A stretch of 64,000 bases of DNA from assembly GCA_951406725.2 (NCBI GenBank), contig OX597822.1:42284001-42348000 (forward strand). The letters are read 5' to 3'. Of the stretch, positions 12,381 to 25,756 are shown piece after piece. The notes below the pieces were generated by a model, which had not been told where the DNA came from, did not search any database, and saw nothing but the letters and a program-made list of their open reading frames with translations. The stretch comes from Octopus vulgaris (lineage: Eukaryota). Position numbers and translations under genes: made by a program. Within the stretch, counting starts at the first letter, position 1, and every line of letters starts with the position of its first letter.

Positions 12381-12411
12381 AGTAAGAACCACATACAGAG
12401 ACTGTCTAGAG

Positions 12412-12741
12412 CAGGTATAGGCAACCTTTTTCAAGAAGCTGGCCACATTAGAAATGGCTCATTATCAGGCGGGTTGCACTACTAAAAATATTTAACCCTT
12501 TCATTACCAACCCAGCTGAAACCAGCTCTGGCTCTACGTACAAATGTCTTGTCACAATTTATGTTCCTAACACCAGCTGAATGATAACTAAGTTATTTTA
12601 CTAAATTCTTTGTTATATTTAAAGTAACTGATAGAAACACAGAGCATCTCAAAATAAATACAATAATGAAAGGGTTAAGATAAATTTTCACTAGGTATGC
12701 CATTCAGAAAGTCTCACAAGCTGCAGATTCGCCATCGACTG
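12412..12741. mobile_element. hAT (Charlie-like) MITE interrupted by a piggyBac MITE
   Basis: caggtataggcaacctttt ... ttcgccatcgactg termini; TSD decayed. Confidence 0.5.
12496..12674. mobile_element. piggyBac-type MITE (family 1)
   Basis: TTAA|ccctttcatta ... taatgaaaggg|TTAA. Confidence 0.85.
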
Positions 12742-15019
12742 ATCCAGTGTTTATGGCAGAAAATTTCTTACTGGGCATTTTATTGGTAAATGTGAAAGAG
12801 ATACAAGCAGGTGGTTATACATGGGTTCATGGTATCACGATTAACAGGGTAATATACATTCAAATACAGTGGAGTGCACTGAACATTATAACACAGAGGT
12901 GTTATATTATAATGTCAACAAATATTCTTTTCTACTCTAAGCAGAGGGCCCAAAATTTTTGGGGAGGGGGCCAGTCAATTAGATCAACCCCAGTATGCAA
13001 CTGGTACTTAATTTATCAACCCTGAAAGGATGAAAGGCAAAGTTGACCTCAGTGGATAATGTCAATACAGTCTAGTGTGGTAGTATTATCAGTGGTCATT
13101 GATCATCACTGTTTTACCAGACGTAACAACAGACCAACTATGATGTATCAGTCATAGCAGAAAGTAGTATGAGCTCCCACTAAGAACAAACATAAAACTC
13201 ATCACTTTTTTGCAACTAGTTTTTACAGTACAGACACGTACACAAACTTATTCACTTCACAAACTGGCAATTTTACTGAGAACTTGTAATAGCTAGGAAT
13301 GTAAAATCAAACGCATGTGTATTGCAGACACAGAACTTTCAGACTCACTTGTACAAAAACACAAACATTACATAGTTTTACTTGCAAGTTGTGCACACAA
13401 CATGCAGACTCACTTGCATGGTACATTATCTCTTATATCAGTATACACTCCTAATATGGACACTCACTAACATATGCTGTGCTAGTACCTTTGTCAATCC
13501 ACTAACAAGTACACACACACCACAGATGTCTGTGTGTACGTGCAATGGTGCACTGAACATTATAATATAGTGGTGCAGTGTGAATAGTGAAACAGTAGTG
13601 TGGTGTAGGTAGTGAAATAGTGGCACACTGAAAATTTTGATGCAGTGTTGAATGTGTCTGTAGCTGAATACTGTGTGACATCCTCTGGGAAGAGAAATAT
13701 GGTGAACCTGGCTCTTATGACATGCAAAGAATAAATAGGAGTTTAAGTGTAAATAAATTAGTGATAGCAAAATATTAAAGAGAGAATTTTTTTTTGTAAT
13801 CTTCGTAATTATAATATGTTACTGAGAATATCATAAAGTACATATATCTGAAATATTCTCAAATTGTCAGTGTGGTTTTATGCTGTCAGGAACACACACT
13901 TTTCTGTTCAATATATAAATATGCAGAAGTTCTAGATCAATAGATGTTTTTGCATTCAATACATATTTATCTATTTTACCACGTGAGAAAGAGAGGTAGG
14001 AGAGAAAGATTACAAAATCTCAACTACAAGCTACAACTAAAATCTATGCCAACAGCTTGTCAAAGAAGAGAAACAGTTTCAGCAGATATATTTCCTTTGT
14101 GTTGTAATGATCCAACAATCTTTTCAAGTATACAATAATTCACTGAGCCATTTCCTCACATATCAGTAGATTTCAGTTACCAAAGTGATTCTTCACTTCC
14201 TTTTATGGTAAATACTTCCTTTTCTCTAAAGATTCAGCTAAGTCTGAATAGTTAGAAATATTCATTTAAATATAAAATGTTTTTTCTTTGCTTTTTTTTC
14301 TCTTTTTAGACAAAGAACAAAGCCAATCATTATAGAACAGGATTAAGTAATATGGAACAGGACTTGAACAGACTAATATATTACTGATACATATTTTACC
14401 CCAGAAAGGAATAAAAGGCAAGGCTGTGCCAAGAGTTCTTTGAACAGAGAATATGGCCACTTAATTTAGAATTCCAACATGTTTGCTCACTCAGAAAACC
14501 ACAAAGCATCAGATTTGTAAAGTAAACAAAATAAAACCATCAATTTCTGAAAGACTCTATTTTTCAGCACACAAGCCAAAATTTTTCAGACTAAAATTTA
14601 CAATAAAAAAAGGTAGGTCTACTTATACACCAAGACAACTTTGGAGGATCAAAAATTCCATGTGAAATGCAGCAGGATTTGGAAAGAAAGAGAATAAGTT
14701 AGTGATAGCAAAATATTAAAGAGAGAATTTTTTTTTTTTTGTAATCTTCATAATTATAACATGTTTGAATGTTTACACTATATACTACATTGATTTGTAT
14801 GCCAGAAAATATGGTAAGACAGATGAAACTAGTTTATGAACTAAGCCTTCTGAAAACTTACCACTTTGGTAAAACAAGGAGATTGAGTGAATTGCTAAGA
14901 CATTAATGAAACTTATATTAAACATTAATTATTATTAGCATTAGCTTGAGATAGAAAAGAAAACCAAGTCTCTACCGACAAGACACACCAGGTAACTTTC
15001 ACTTGTCTAATATTTTTTG

Positions 15020-15230
15020 TGCTATAAGTACAAGGCCTGAAATTTTGAAGAAAGGGGTTAGTCAATTACATCGACCCCAAAACTTGATTGGTACTTAATT
15101 TATCGACCCTGAAAAGATGAAAGGCAAAGTCAACCCTGGCAGAATCAGAACTCAGAATATAAAACCAGATGAAATACTGCTAAGCATTTTCCCTGGAGTG
15201 CTAACAATACTGCCAGCTCACTGCCTTCTT
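15020..15230 (-). mobile_element. Nin/Inv-domain-like tRNA SINE (other copies near 12930-13056, 26905-27110, 34945-35285, 50125-50345)
   Basis: Minus strand gttgactttgcctttcatcttttcagggtcgataaattaagtacc core behind a ggcagtgagctggcag head. Confidence 0.7.
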
Positions 15231-15686
15231 TCACCTAATATCATTCACAAAAATCTATTGTGTAGCTAAAATTAACTGAATGTACACATTATGCACATTT
15301 ATTTAGCAAATGTTCAGATATCTGTATTGATTGACCAACTTAGAATAAAGGCGCCCCAAGATGGTTGCCTAATTTGTTACAAACAGCAGCCAATTTTTCC
15401 CAAATGATACTTCACCATCATTAAAAGGGTACACTGGATAATGTCACTGAAAATAAGCTGTTCTTGTGAATTGAGTTGGAATGGTCATGGATCGAAGAAA
15501 AGCATTCTATCCTTTCATTAGAAGTCAACTTCATCAGACATTTCTAGGTTTTTCTAATCGAAAATTGTTCATAAAAAATTTTCAAAAGGACTTTCACACA
15601 ATTTCTGTCAACCAAATTTCATTTACAAGGCCTTAGTTGACCTGAGGCCAAGATGCAAAACATGCCTATGGTTTCAAAACCATGTA

Positions 15687-16206
15687 CTGTAAATTCTCAA
15701 GTATAGTCCGCCCTTGAGTATAATACACAGGAGATTTTTAGGGGGCCGTACCTCTGAAAAACCTAAACCTTGTGTATAATACGCACCCCTTCTCAAACTT
15801 GAGTCAAGGAGATCTATATAACGTCCTTGGTTTGTAAAAATGTATATGGTTATATGGCAACATCCTTTATTATTATTATATATATAACATAATGCAAACG
15901 TGTAGCTTTTTTGTGCATTTTGTTTGCAGAAAATAAAGAAATAACAGTAGTAATGTTTAATAAATGTTGCTTACTGCAAGTTATGGATGATTCTTTTATG
16001 ACTTCATTGCTTTCAGGCTTAGCTTAAGGTATTTTCGTGCCCGACATCACAAAATGTGTCTGAATAAACATTGCTGGACAGCAAATAGAGACTCGGACAT
16101 TGCTTAGAAAATATTTTTCATTTTTAACCTTGTATATAGTACGCATTAGGGATTTTGACCTTTAAATTTTGGGGGAAAAATGCGGATTATACTCGAGGAT
16201 TTACGG
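15687..16206. mobile_element. pogo/Tigger-like MITE
   Basis: TA|ctgtaaattctcaagtatagtccgc ... gcggattatactcgaggatttacgg|TA. Confidence 0.8.
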
Positions 16207-16506
16207 TACTGCTTAGTAAACTTCTGAACCACATAACCATGCAAAGACCCATCCACTACTCTTATTCTCTATAAATACACAAAAGATGAGGCTTATTAAG
16301 ATCTTAAACCTGCCTTAAAACTCCAAATTAAAAGATTCATAATCTCTCTACACACAATCTCTCTAAAGGAGTCAACTAATTCCTCAGTAAGTGAGGTAAC
16401 CCATAATTCTCAATGAAAATGAAGAGTTACTTCAATGTTCAAATTGTGTAATTAATAAATAGTACATACATATATATGTGCTGAATGTGTCAGTATGCAA
16501 TCATGT

Positions 16507-16547
<41 letters not shown>

Positions 16548-17339
16548 GCGTGGCTATGTGAATCTCTTATTATAAAAGGCAGATTTTATCTGCCTCCCTT
16601 TGGGAGTTATACAAATCTACAATATAGGATTTCTTCAATTACAATTTACCTAGCATTTTTGAGAGTACAATGCATCGCGTCATGCCAGGTCCAGTTTTTA
16701 AAATTTAAACTCCAATTAAGCAAAATTTACAGAAAACTCACATTCTGGTGTGTGTGTCAAATGCTTTTCTTAGTCTGGTTTACACCACACGCAAACGCAC
16801 ACACACAGTGGGCAACGAATAAAATGAAAGTAAATAGCGACAGAGTGATTTGAGGAAGACTAAAGTGAAAGTATTCTGTCTATGACGCTGATAGATACAA
16901 ATGTATGGGAAGCTAAGAGTGAGTGAAAATGTTCTTGGAAGAGAGTAATTAGTAATAAAGTAAACATACACTCATACATACATACATACATACACACATA
17001 CATACATACATACATACATACATACATACATACATACACACACACATACATACACACACACACATACATACATACATACATACATATACATACATACATA
17101 CATATACATACATACATACATATACATACATACATACACACATACACACACACACACAGTATTGAAGCTTGAGAACAATCAGATACATTTGCAACACATC
17201 TGTTGAAAATATTATTGTTCACACACATACATATACATATATACATACATACAGACAGACAGATAGACACACACACACACATGATCCAGCATGGCCACAA
17301 CCTCAAGGCTGAAACATATAAAAGAATAACAGAATATAA

Positions 17340-17700
17340 ATGTGTGCAAAGTACAAGAAATATTAATGCAGTATATGGGGATTGGACAATAAGCGTAAGG
17401 CAGTGTCAATGGTGGTTCCAGAAATCCCGAGCCATAAACTACAGCCTAGAAGACGAGCCTCATCCTGAAAGATCTGTAGAACTCGACAAGGACATCCTGA
17501 AAACCCTGGTGGAAAAAAATATCATCGTAACTGTTGAGGAACTAGCAGAGAAGCTTGGATTTGGTCATTCAACCATTCATTGACACCTGTGTGCTATCGG
17601 AAAAGTCAGCAAATTGGGTCAATGGGTTCCTCACGAACTTTCCGAGTCTAATTGCATGCAGAGAGTGAATGTATGCTTTTCTTTGCTGTCATATCTCACC
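17340..17700 (+). pseudogene. mariner transposase N-terminal fragment
   Basis: INAVYGD..ISVRQCQWWFQK..YSLEDEP..TVEELAEKLGFGHSTIH*HL..IGKVSKLGQWVPHEL. Confidence 0.88.
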
Positions 17701-17718
17701 ACTACTGCGCTATGTATA

Positions 17719-18354
17719 TCTATATATATAAAACTGTAGTTGTGTGAGTGTCTGTCCCCTTCGATTTAGATTCCTAACTACTCCCACATTTTGCGGTACA
17801 GTTTAACCAAATTCGGGTAGCTTATAGTCGTGATTCATATCGAGCCCGTCTGAATATTAGCGCGCGTCTACGATGAGTCTACGATTTTAAAAATAATTTA
17901 ACATCATTTTTTATTCCATTTTAATGCATAATTTTTCGTGTGTCGATGGCGGCGGAGTTGGCGTCCACGCTCACACCTGCACCTGTGGGGAAGGGAGTGT
18001 AAGGAAATCAACGTCGTAATGCGTTGTCAAGGAGAACAGTGTTCTTTTAGAACAACGACTTCATGGCTTGAAGACACCAAAACAGAAATGGCTAAGAAAG
18101 CGTCTACATGAGTCTACGATTTAAAAAAAAATTTACCATCGTTTTTTTTCCATTTTAATGCATTTTTTCGCTATTATATAAGGGAAGTAACTCTCTAAAA
18201 ATATCTACGATGAGTCATCGATTTTAAAAAAATTTACCATCATATTTTTTCCATTTTTAATGCATTTTTTGCTATTTTTTGGCTATAACTCTCTAAAAAT
18301 GCTTATATAGTTATTTCCCTTACAAACCCGAGCAACGCCGGGCGATACTGCTAG
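17719..18354 (+). mobile_element. Complete non-autonomous Helitron (636 bp)
   Basis: A|TCtatatatataaaa ... cccgagcaacgccggg hairpin, CTAG|T; three internal ~65-bp repeats (tctacgatgagtc..attttaatgca); CpG-rich, so probably young. Confidence 0.88.
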
Positions 18355-18711
18355 TATGTACTAAGATAAATGCATTATGCTGTCTATGTATATCAAACCA
18401 CCATGTGTGTGACGACAGAGACTAAAGGAAGAGACCCTCTTCCTGTTTGCAGTGTACATCCTACTTGCTCTTCAAGACCAGATATTGTCACTGATCCAAT
18501 TGCTGCTATTGTTGTTGCTGTCATTTACTCCTCCTCACCACTGCTGCAGCCATTACCACCACCATACCACTCTTGCTTCAACCAATTCTAGATTTCCAGG
18601 CTGTTATAAATCACTTGTTAACTCCAGAAGAACTTCTCACACACACATACACACATTCCACTACACAGTCAAGTACAATTCCACAATCTAATAAGTATAC
18701 ATGCAGCTGTG

Positions 18712-18990
18712 TCATCATCATCATCATCATCATCGTTTAACGTCCGCTTTCCGCGCTAGCACGGGTTGGACGGTTTGACCGGGTCTGGGAAGCCAGGGGC
18801 CGCACCAGGCTCCAGTCTGAATCTGGCAGAGTTTCTACGGCTGGATGCCCTTCCTAACGCCAACCACTCCGTGAGTGGATTGGGTGCTTTTTACGTGCCA
18901 CCTGCACAGGGGCCGGAGGGTCCGGCATCGTCACGATCGGTTCGAGCATTTTAACGTGTCAGCGGCACGGGGGCAACGAGGTCCGGGGTA
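18712..18990 (-). mobile_element. RTE 3'UTR/tail-family copy with (ATG)n tail (others near 27120, 31450, 32295, 34285, 35288, 49668, 55910; opposite orientation near 40405, 41518, 43765)
   Basis: (cat)n-cgtttaacgtccgctttcc..ctggatgcccttcctaacgccaaccactcc..gtgcttttacgtgccacc on the plus strand. Confidence 0.8.
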
Positions 18991-19485
18991 CTTTGGGGAT
19001 CCAGGGTACTTATAATTTCATATGTGTACAAACATACAGAGAGAGCTGTTTATAAACATACAAATGCATGTGGGCATGCCAACACACACACACAATTTTT
19101 AACCACAAAATGGGACCACAAAGTAGTTGCATTATTGGCAAGAAATAGCAGTTAGTTTCTCCTGAAATAACACTTTAACATCTTAAAAGATGAAAGATGT
19201 ATTGGACAATGTGACAGCTCAACACACATTACCTGAAGAAGAGAATGGCAGCTGACCTGTGGTTAAATAACAACACTAATTCTATGTGATTCACAAAGCC
19301 ATGTAAGAAAAGAGATATCAAGAGGATATAACTGTGTCTTTAATCAATCTTTTTTAAATCCCAACAAGGTCAGTAGTGGACTATACAGTGGATGAGATAA
19401 ATCTTCCCTGGATAGAGGTCTGCTCTAGGTCACTTCTCTGTTACTGTCAGCTAGATAGAGGCAGTGCAGGATTGTGCATCCTGAC

Positions 19486-19706
19486 CAGGTATGTTATAAC
19501 AACACTTGCATGTACCTTATAACAACAGATAGGTGCCTTATAAGATCAGATATGTACCTGTAAAGGTACATTAACAGGTATCTTATAAAAACACTGACAG
19601 GCACCTTATAACAACACCGACAGGTACATTATAACACCACCAACAGGTACCTTATAATATCACTCACAAGTACCTTATAACAATCTTGCAACAATATTCA
19701 CAGGTA
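19486..19706. repeat. Degenerate ~22-23 bp minisatellite
   Basis: Unit approximately acaggtaccttataacaacactg, about nine copies. Confidence 0.8.
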
Positions 19707-20136
19707 ATACATTTGTCCACAACAACAATGGTGTTCAAAGAACACTTTAGATCCATTAGTTATCTATATCAGTCCTGCCCAGATCCTCAATCTGTCTACA
19801 ACAAACCACAGTAAGCTTCACAGAACATAATATAGCACTCCACACAGATTGAGTAGATTGTATACAGAGCACATATACATATCATGTTCATAAGAAAACA
19901 AAAGTACTAAAACAGAAAGACCACCTGAACATGAGACGGGCACAGTTTGTTGCTGTATCAAAATTCAAACTCAAAACAATTTCAGTCATTATATGAAATG
20001 CCACCTCCAAACACTTAAACACATGTAAAACACTCCCAGTGTACTACTACAACACTATGCTAACAATACTATTCCTCTAAACAAATAGGCAGACATTGGA
20101 AAGTAACATTAACATCAATAGCTTCACTGGCCTTAA

Positions 20137-20346
20137 CCCTTTTGTTACTGTACTTAGTCTGAGATCTTCTGTGTTTCATTCAATTAATTTTAACTATAAC
20201 AAAGAATTTAGCAAAATAACTTAGTTATAATTAAGCTGGTGTTAGGAACATAAATTGTGAGTAAGGTTTTAATTCAAAACTTACAAAAACAAGACATTTG
20301 TACTACAAAGCCAGAGGCGGTTTCAGCCAGGTTGGTGTGAAGAGGG
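20137..20346. mobile_element. piggyBac-type MITE (family 1, opposite orientation to 12496)
   Basis: TTAA|ccctttt ... agaggg|TTAA; interior is the reverse complement of 12496-12674. Confidence 0.8.
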
Positions 20347-22301
20347 TTAAACATATGACTGCACATCACTTAAACCGAAGTGCTGGAGAAGAGATCTGGT
20401 GACTACACATTGTTGTCAAACAACTAACTTTATACCACAGGTCAATTACTCAGAGGTGACTGGAGTTAAAACACTACCATCACCAACAACAACACAAATA
20501 ACACCTTCTACCCAAACACAAGCCACTGGGAGAACCTCAATACAATCACTCAATCTGTTAGAAATAGTAACCAAATTCTCCACAAATTACACCCTATTGT
20601 TTAATATAAAGACGGGACACATTAGCTAATGTAGTTCTACAGGATGGTCACAGCTGGAGTGCCTTTGATCATAGAGCTGCAGTATGAAAGTTAACCTTGA
20701 GATAAACAACAAGAACAACTGCCATTGTTGTCACCACCAGACTAGGAATATACTAAAAAGACTAATCTACATTGTGTATCAGGACATATACAGGAAGAAA
20801 TCTATAAGAGAGTTTTAAAACTTACTGAGTAAGAGTGGATAATAAGTGTGTTTTTGTATGTTTGAAGTGCACACTAGAGATATGAGGTCGAACACACAAT
20901 ATTACACAGATTAAAGTAGGAGGACAATAATATCTGGCTAAACAGCAGCAACTAGAGCTGACCTATGTCAACAAGACCTCTACCCATGTCCCAGCAATGT
21001 TGCATTGAATATGTTAAGTGTTAAATATATACATGAAAATAATATTCATCATCATCATCATTTTTATTGGTTTAAACTATAATATATTTTGTGGGTTTGA
21101 TAGGTCAGTAATACTATATCTTTCCATGTATTTCAGTGAGAAGCCTTTTCATTTAATCCCATTTTCTTAAACTGCTCTCTAATATGAACACACAGAACCA
21201 CTGACATATAACATGCATCACATGACATTACATGTCCGCATGAGGATGCCTTTATGTAGTCACTCAAACTGCTAGAAAGAGCAATCAAATCTCCAACAAA
21301 TTACACACCTTACCACTTTAAAACAAGGACACATTAGATAATGTGGTCTGGAACAGGAACAAATGTTATGGTTTGTCTGTTTTTAATCATCTCTTATTTC
21401 ATTAAGGGTTGAGATAAGGACTTAAAGTGTTACATATATAAACATCATCCTCACATAATTCAACCATTATTATCCATACGTAATACATAGGAGATGACAA
21501 ATATCATTTACCTGTGCATAAAATGTGGAATTAAATAAAAACTTGGCAACCTATCAAGGAATTTCATTAGATCTCAAAATTTCTGTGTTTATCCAAACTA
21601 GTGAAACTGTGACATTCCAGACTTAATCTAAAATCACCTGTAAGAAGATTAGCTAGGTTTTTTTTTTCTTCTTTTTATTACAACTTGGGTGAGTAAAAAA
21701 AACCTGCAAGAGATTAAACCAATGAGAGAGAGAGAGAGAGAGAGAGAGAAATTTAGCTAGGTTATAATACAATAATCCTTTTCAACTCCATCATGGTGAG
21801 TAGTTTGTTTACTTAGTTATGTAAAAGGAACTAATTTAAGCTAATAGAGTCAACAAGCTTAATGCGGTGATTTCAATAATATAGAATACAATATAACATT
21901 AAGGTCTACGATATTTGCGTCACTGACATAATGTAGACAGAACATGTAAGGACCACAGTAATTGTGTCATTCCCATAACACAGAAAGAACATGTAATGAC
22001 TGTGTCATTCTTGTTTTGTAGAACACTTAATAGTAATTACACAAGACATAATTATTTCTCTGCCAAATTATAGCCTTTTTTTATCACAACCAAATTAGTC
22101 CTAAATGTGATGAGGATGTATAACTTTGTGAAGACCTGCATCATGCAAATAGTTATCTTTGGAAGTGGACCAGAAAAGTCTGTCACACAAAATATTGTGT
22201 TGTGGAAACATTTTCCCAAAGAAAGCTATGAATTGTGTAATCGTTTTAGAGAAAGCTATGTTTCTGTGCAATCCTTTCAGCTGTATGTGACATGATTAGT
22301 A

Positions 22302-22858
22302 TTAGGTTGTCCAGAAAGTTCATGCCGATTTATAGTAGCTGGTCTTTTGACTTATTTTAGAACATGGTTGAGTCTATAAAATAGGATTTGACTACACCTC
22401 CATTTAGAGCACAGTTTAAGCTATCTTTTTGTGGATTATGTTCCTATAACCTGTGTTAATTATGTAACCCTTTAAAATGGAAGATAAGAAAGTTCATTTT
22501 CGGCACTTGATGCTTTGGGAACCAGACAAAAATTGCTGCTGCTTGGCTGGGATGTATTACCCCACCCTCCATATTCACCAGATATTGCTCCTTCAGATTT
22601 CCACTTATTCAGGTCTCTGCAGAATAGTCTTAATGGTAAAAATTTCAATTCCTTGAATGACATAAAGCTACCTTGATGAATTCTTTGCCATGAAACCACT
22701 TCAATTCCGGAAAGAGGGTATTTTCAAGTTAAAGGAAAGATGGAGACGCATTGTGCAACAAAATGGTTTATATTTGGTTGATTAAAATTGTAATGGCAAG
22801 TATTTATCGACCTTTTTCTTTCCTTTAAAAATCAGCTCAAACTTTCTGGACAATCCAA
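22302..22858 (+). mobile_element. Internally deleted mariner with both TIRs
   Basis: TA|ttaggttgtccagaaagtt ... aactttctggacaatccaa|TA; start MEDKKVHFRHL joined to LGWDVLPHPPYSPDIAPSDFHLFRSL. Confidence 0.9.
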
Positions 22859-24399
22859 TATTAATACAAGTCAATGAAACACTTCCACTTAGATAGTGCA
22901 AGGAAAACACTTTCACTTTTTCACCCCCACCCCCACCCCACCCTCCGCAAGCAACTTTTTTGTGAGGGTGGGGGGGATTAAATATACATACACTGCAATG
23001 AGGTGGTGGAAGCAAGTTATTAGGAATTGTAAACAGGAAAATGAGTAATGATTTTTAAGTTCATGGAAAAGAAGGAATAAAAATATATCTACTTATCTAT
23101 CACTAAACACATACATGCACCGCACGCACACAAAGCAAACTAATATGATATGTAGGTATGCTTGCTGGTAAGAAACTTAATGTGTGAATGTATGTGTGAA
23201 CATGCATGCATATGTGTGTGTGTATGTGTAGATGTCATTCGTGAACATGTACATTTGTGAAATATACAGCTAAAAATTACATTTCTGTGTTGATGAAATT
23301 TTCTATAAAAGAACAAATCTCTCTACACCACCATCCTCATCTTCATTTAATGTGTATGTTCTATGTTGGCAGGGGTTGGAAGGTTTGACATGATCTACAC
23401 GTACCGGATGCTTTATTTTGTGCCACCAGCACAAGCAAACCCACCATGCAGTTTTTAAAACTATGAACCCCAAAAGAGGTGACCTTCTGCTGAGAAATAA
23501 GGGGCTAAAGTATGAGAGAAGGGGCCAGAGCAGAACAGGTTTGTTGCTGTAGTGGAGCTACAAGGCCAATCACATTCTAAGGGAGCATGAAGGATGATCA
23601 AATGGAGTGGAGAAAGACAGTAAGATAATGGTGATGAGGTATCTGTGTGACCCCTCAAGGTATGAGGTGAGCAGAAACGAATAGGGGTAAAAAAAAAACA
23701 CACGAGTGGATGAGTTAAGATTGCAAGAGTGTGTGAGAGATTGAGAGATAGGGAATGTGTGTGTGTGGAGGGTGAATATAATAAGTGTTGAGTGGGTGAT
23801 AAGTAGGGGAAGTAGGGAAACATAGGTGATAACTGTAGAGATTGGATAGGGTTGAGGAGTGGATGGAGCAAACAGGATGAAGAGTAGCAGAGTAGTAATG
23901 ATGATTCAATAGACAGGAATGATAAGAGAGAGAGAAACAGAAACAGATAGACAGAGGATGATGATGATGAGTGGTTGTGTGGGTTTCAAGAGTGGTGGAG
24001 AGAGTGAGAGATGTATGGTAGTGGAGAAAGTGAGATGATTTGGCGGTCTGAGGGAAGCAGAAGTCAATATAAAATGTGGGTGTAGGATAGTATTAACAAT
24101 ATGGAAAGGATCTCAAGTGAAATGGTTCCAGATTAATGAGTAAGATTAGTGGTATCAAAGGAAACCTAGAGGCAGAGCAGTAAAGGGTAACAGGGTGTCT
24201 TGAAGGACGAAATTGGAATAAGGCTCCAGTTGGAATAAGGGTCCAGTTGTACATATACATACATACATAAATACATACATACATATATATATATACACAC
24301 ACACACCCACACACATATACATACACACACACACACATTCAGCACTTCCAGAACAGAGTTTCACTGAGTTGGGTAGGTTTTCTCAAGAACTGCATAACA

Positions 24400-25010
24400 C
24401 CAGTCATCCTGGTACTTTGTCATCTTTTCTGCGAGGTTCAAGGTCGTGAGATCAGTACTTCTTTATACAGCTGTCGTCATCCATATGCATCACATGTCCA
24501 CACCAGCACAGTCTTCTCTCTTACACATGACATCCAATTCCTCTTCTACTCAGTTTCTCTCTCAATGCCTTTGTAATTAGTTATTCATGCACACTTACAT
24601 TACTCAGCCAACAGAGCATGCTTAATTCCTTTCTTTCCAGTCTTCTCAAGTCCTTTACATTCAAAGCCCATGGATCACTATCATGCTGCATTGCAGTTCT
24701 AACACAAGCGTCAAACAATCTGCCCTTCACACCAAAGGAAATAACTTTTACTGCCATCAGTGGTAGAAACTCCCTGAACATTTTCCAGCTCAGGCTGCTA
24801 TACTTTTTGAACAACCACCTTCTCTAAGTATGTCTTCTTTGTAGCAAAACCTACCAACTACTTCTAGTGAGCCAATTGGACATTTAAGAGAATCTATTTC
24901 TGGTGAGCTCAAAGTACTTATTGCTCCAGTACAGCAATCACAAATGAAGCTTACTTTTTTTGTTAGTCTGCCTGTGATTACACTACAATTCTGACGCCGC
25001 CACCGACTAC
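24400..25010 (-). mobile_element. RTE-clade LINE fragment
   Basis: LEVVGRFCY..; WKMFREFLPLM..GVKGRLFDACVRTAM..WALNVKDLRRLERKELSML. Confidence 0.8.
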
Positions 25011-25192
25011 ACAACAACATCAAAAAATACCTTAGGAATGAGAACCCAGGTTTGAAATTTCTCCAAGACACCTGAAGAAGGCTGCAGAGTATATCAGCTG
25101 GAACATTGTGTTAACAACAAACAAGATGAGGACATATATCCGTCGAACGTAAATAATGTACATAATTCCTCATCTCTTAAATATAGAACTGT
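25010..25192 (+). mobile_element. Penelope-like terminal-repeat fragment with degenerate hammerhead motif (25068-25111)
   Basis: acac-CTGAAGA-a-ggctg..cagct-GGAA-catt-gtgt; GAAA core mutated. Confidence 0.5.
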
Positions 25193-25756
25193 ACCAGGAA
25201 TAGCAATTTATTCTTAGCCAAGTATTTCTTCAGCAGATGCCTCACTAGAAAGATTGCATTTGTGGTACCTCTTCCAGGAAGAAAGCCAAACTGCACATCC
25301 TCTATGTCTACCCTACCACAGAACAATTGCACTATAACTCTCTCTCTCTCTCTGTAACCTTCATAATCTGATCTATTAGTTTGATGCCTCTACAACTCTC
25401 TAAGGCATCCCTTTTGCTTTTGTAGCAGTTTATGATGATATTGCTATGCTAATCATTGAGTATAAAAATTTCCTGTATAACTTGGTTAAGTATGCAAGCA
25501 GTGATCATGTATCCACTATCCAGATGGTGAACAAAGACAATAAGAATGTAAGAATTACAAAGGACAAAACAAAAGAACAAAGTTTGACAAATATCGTATT
25601 AGGTTAATGCTTTAATGAAGAGGTTTAACATTTTGGATATTAACCCTTCACCAGAAGAATAAAAATGCAAGTGTTTGAGTGTATCTGTGTCTGGAAGGAG
25701 GATTGGTGTAAGTGTGTGAGTGGGGTGTACAGGTGTGCATTTTTATTTATTATTTA

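Noticed and set aside
19486-19706. Short repeated units as a CRISPR or iteron array
   Set aside because: Contiguous degenerate tandem units without unique spacers
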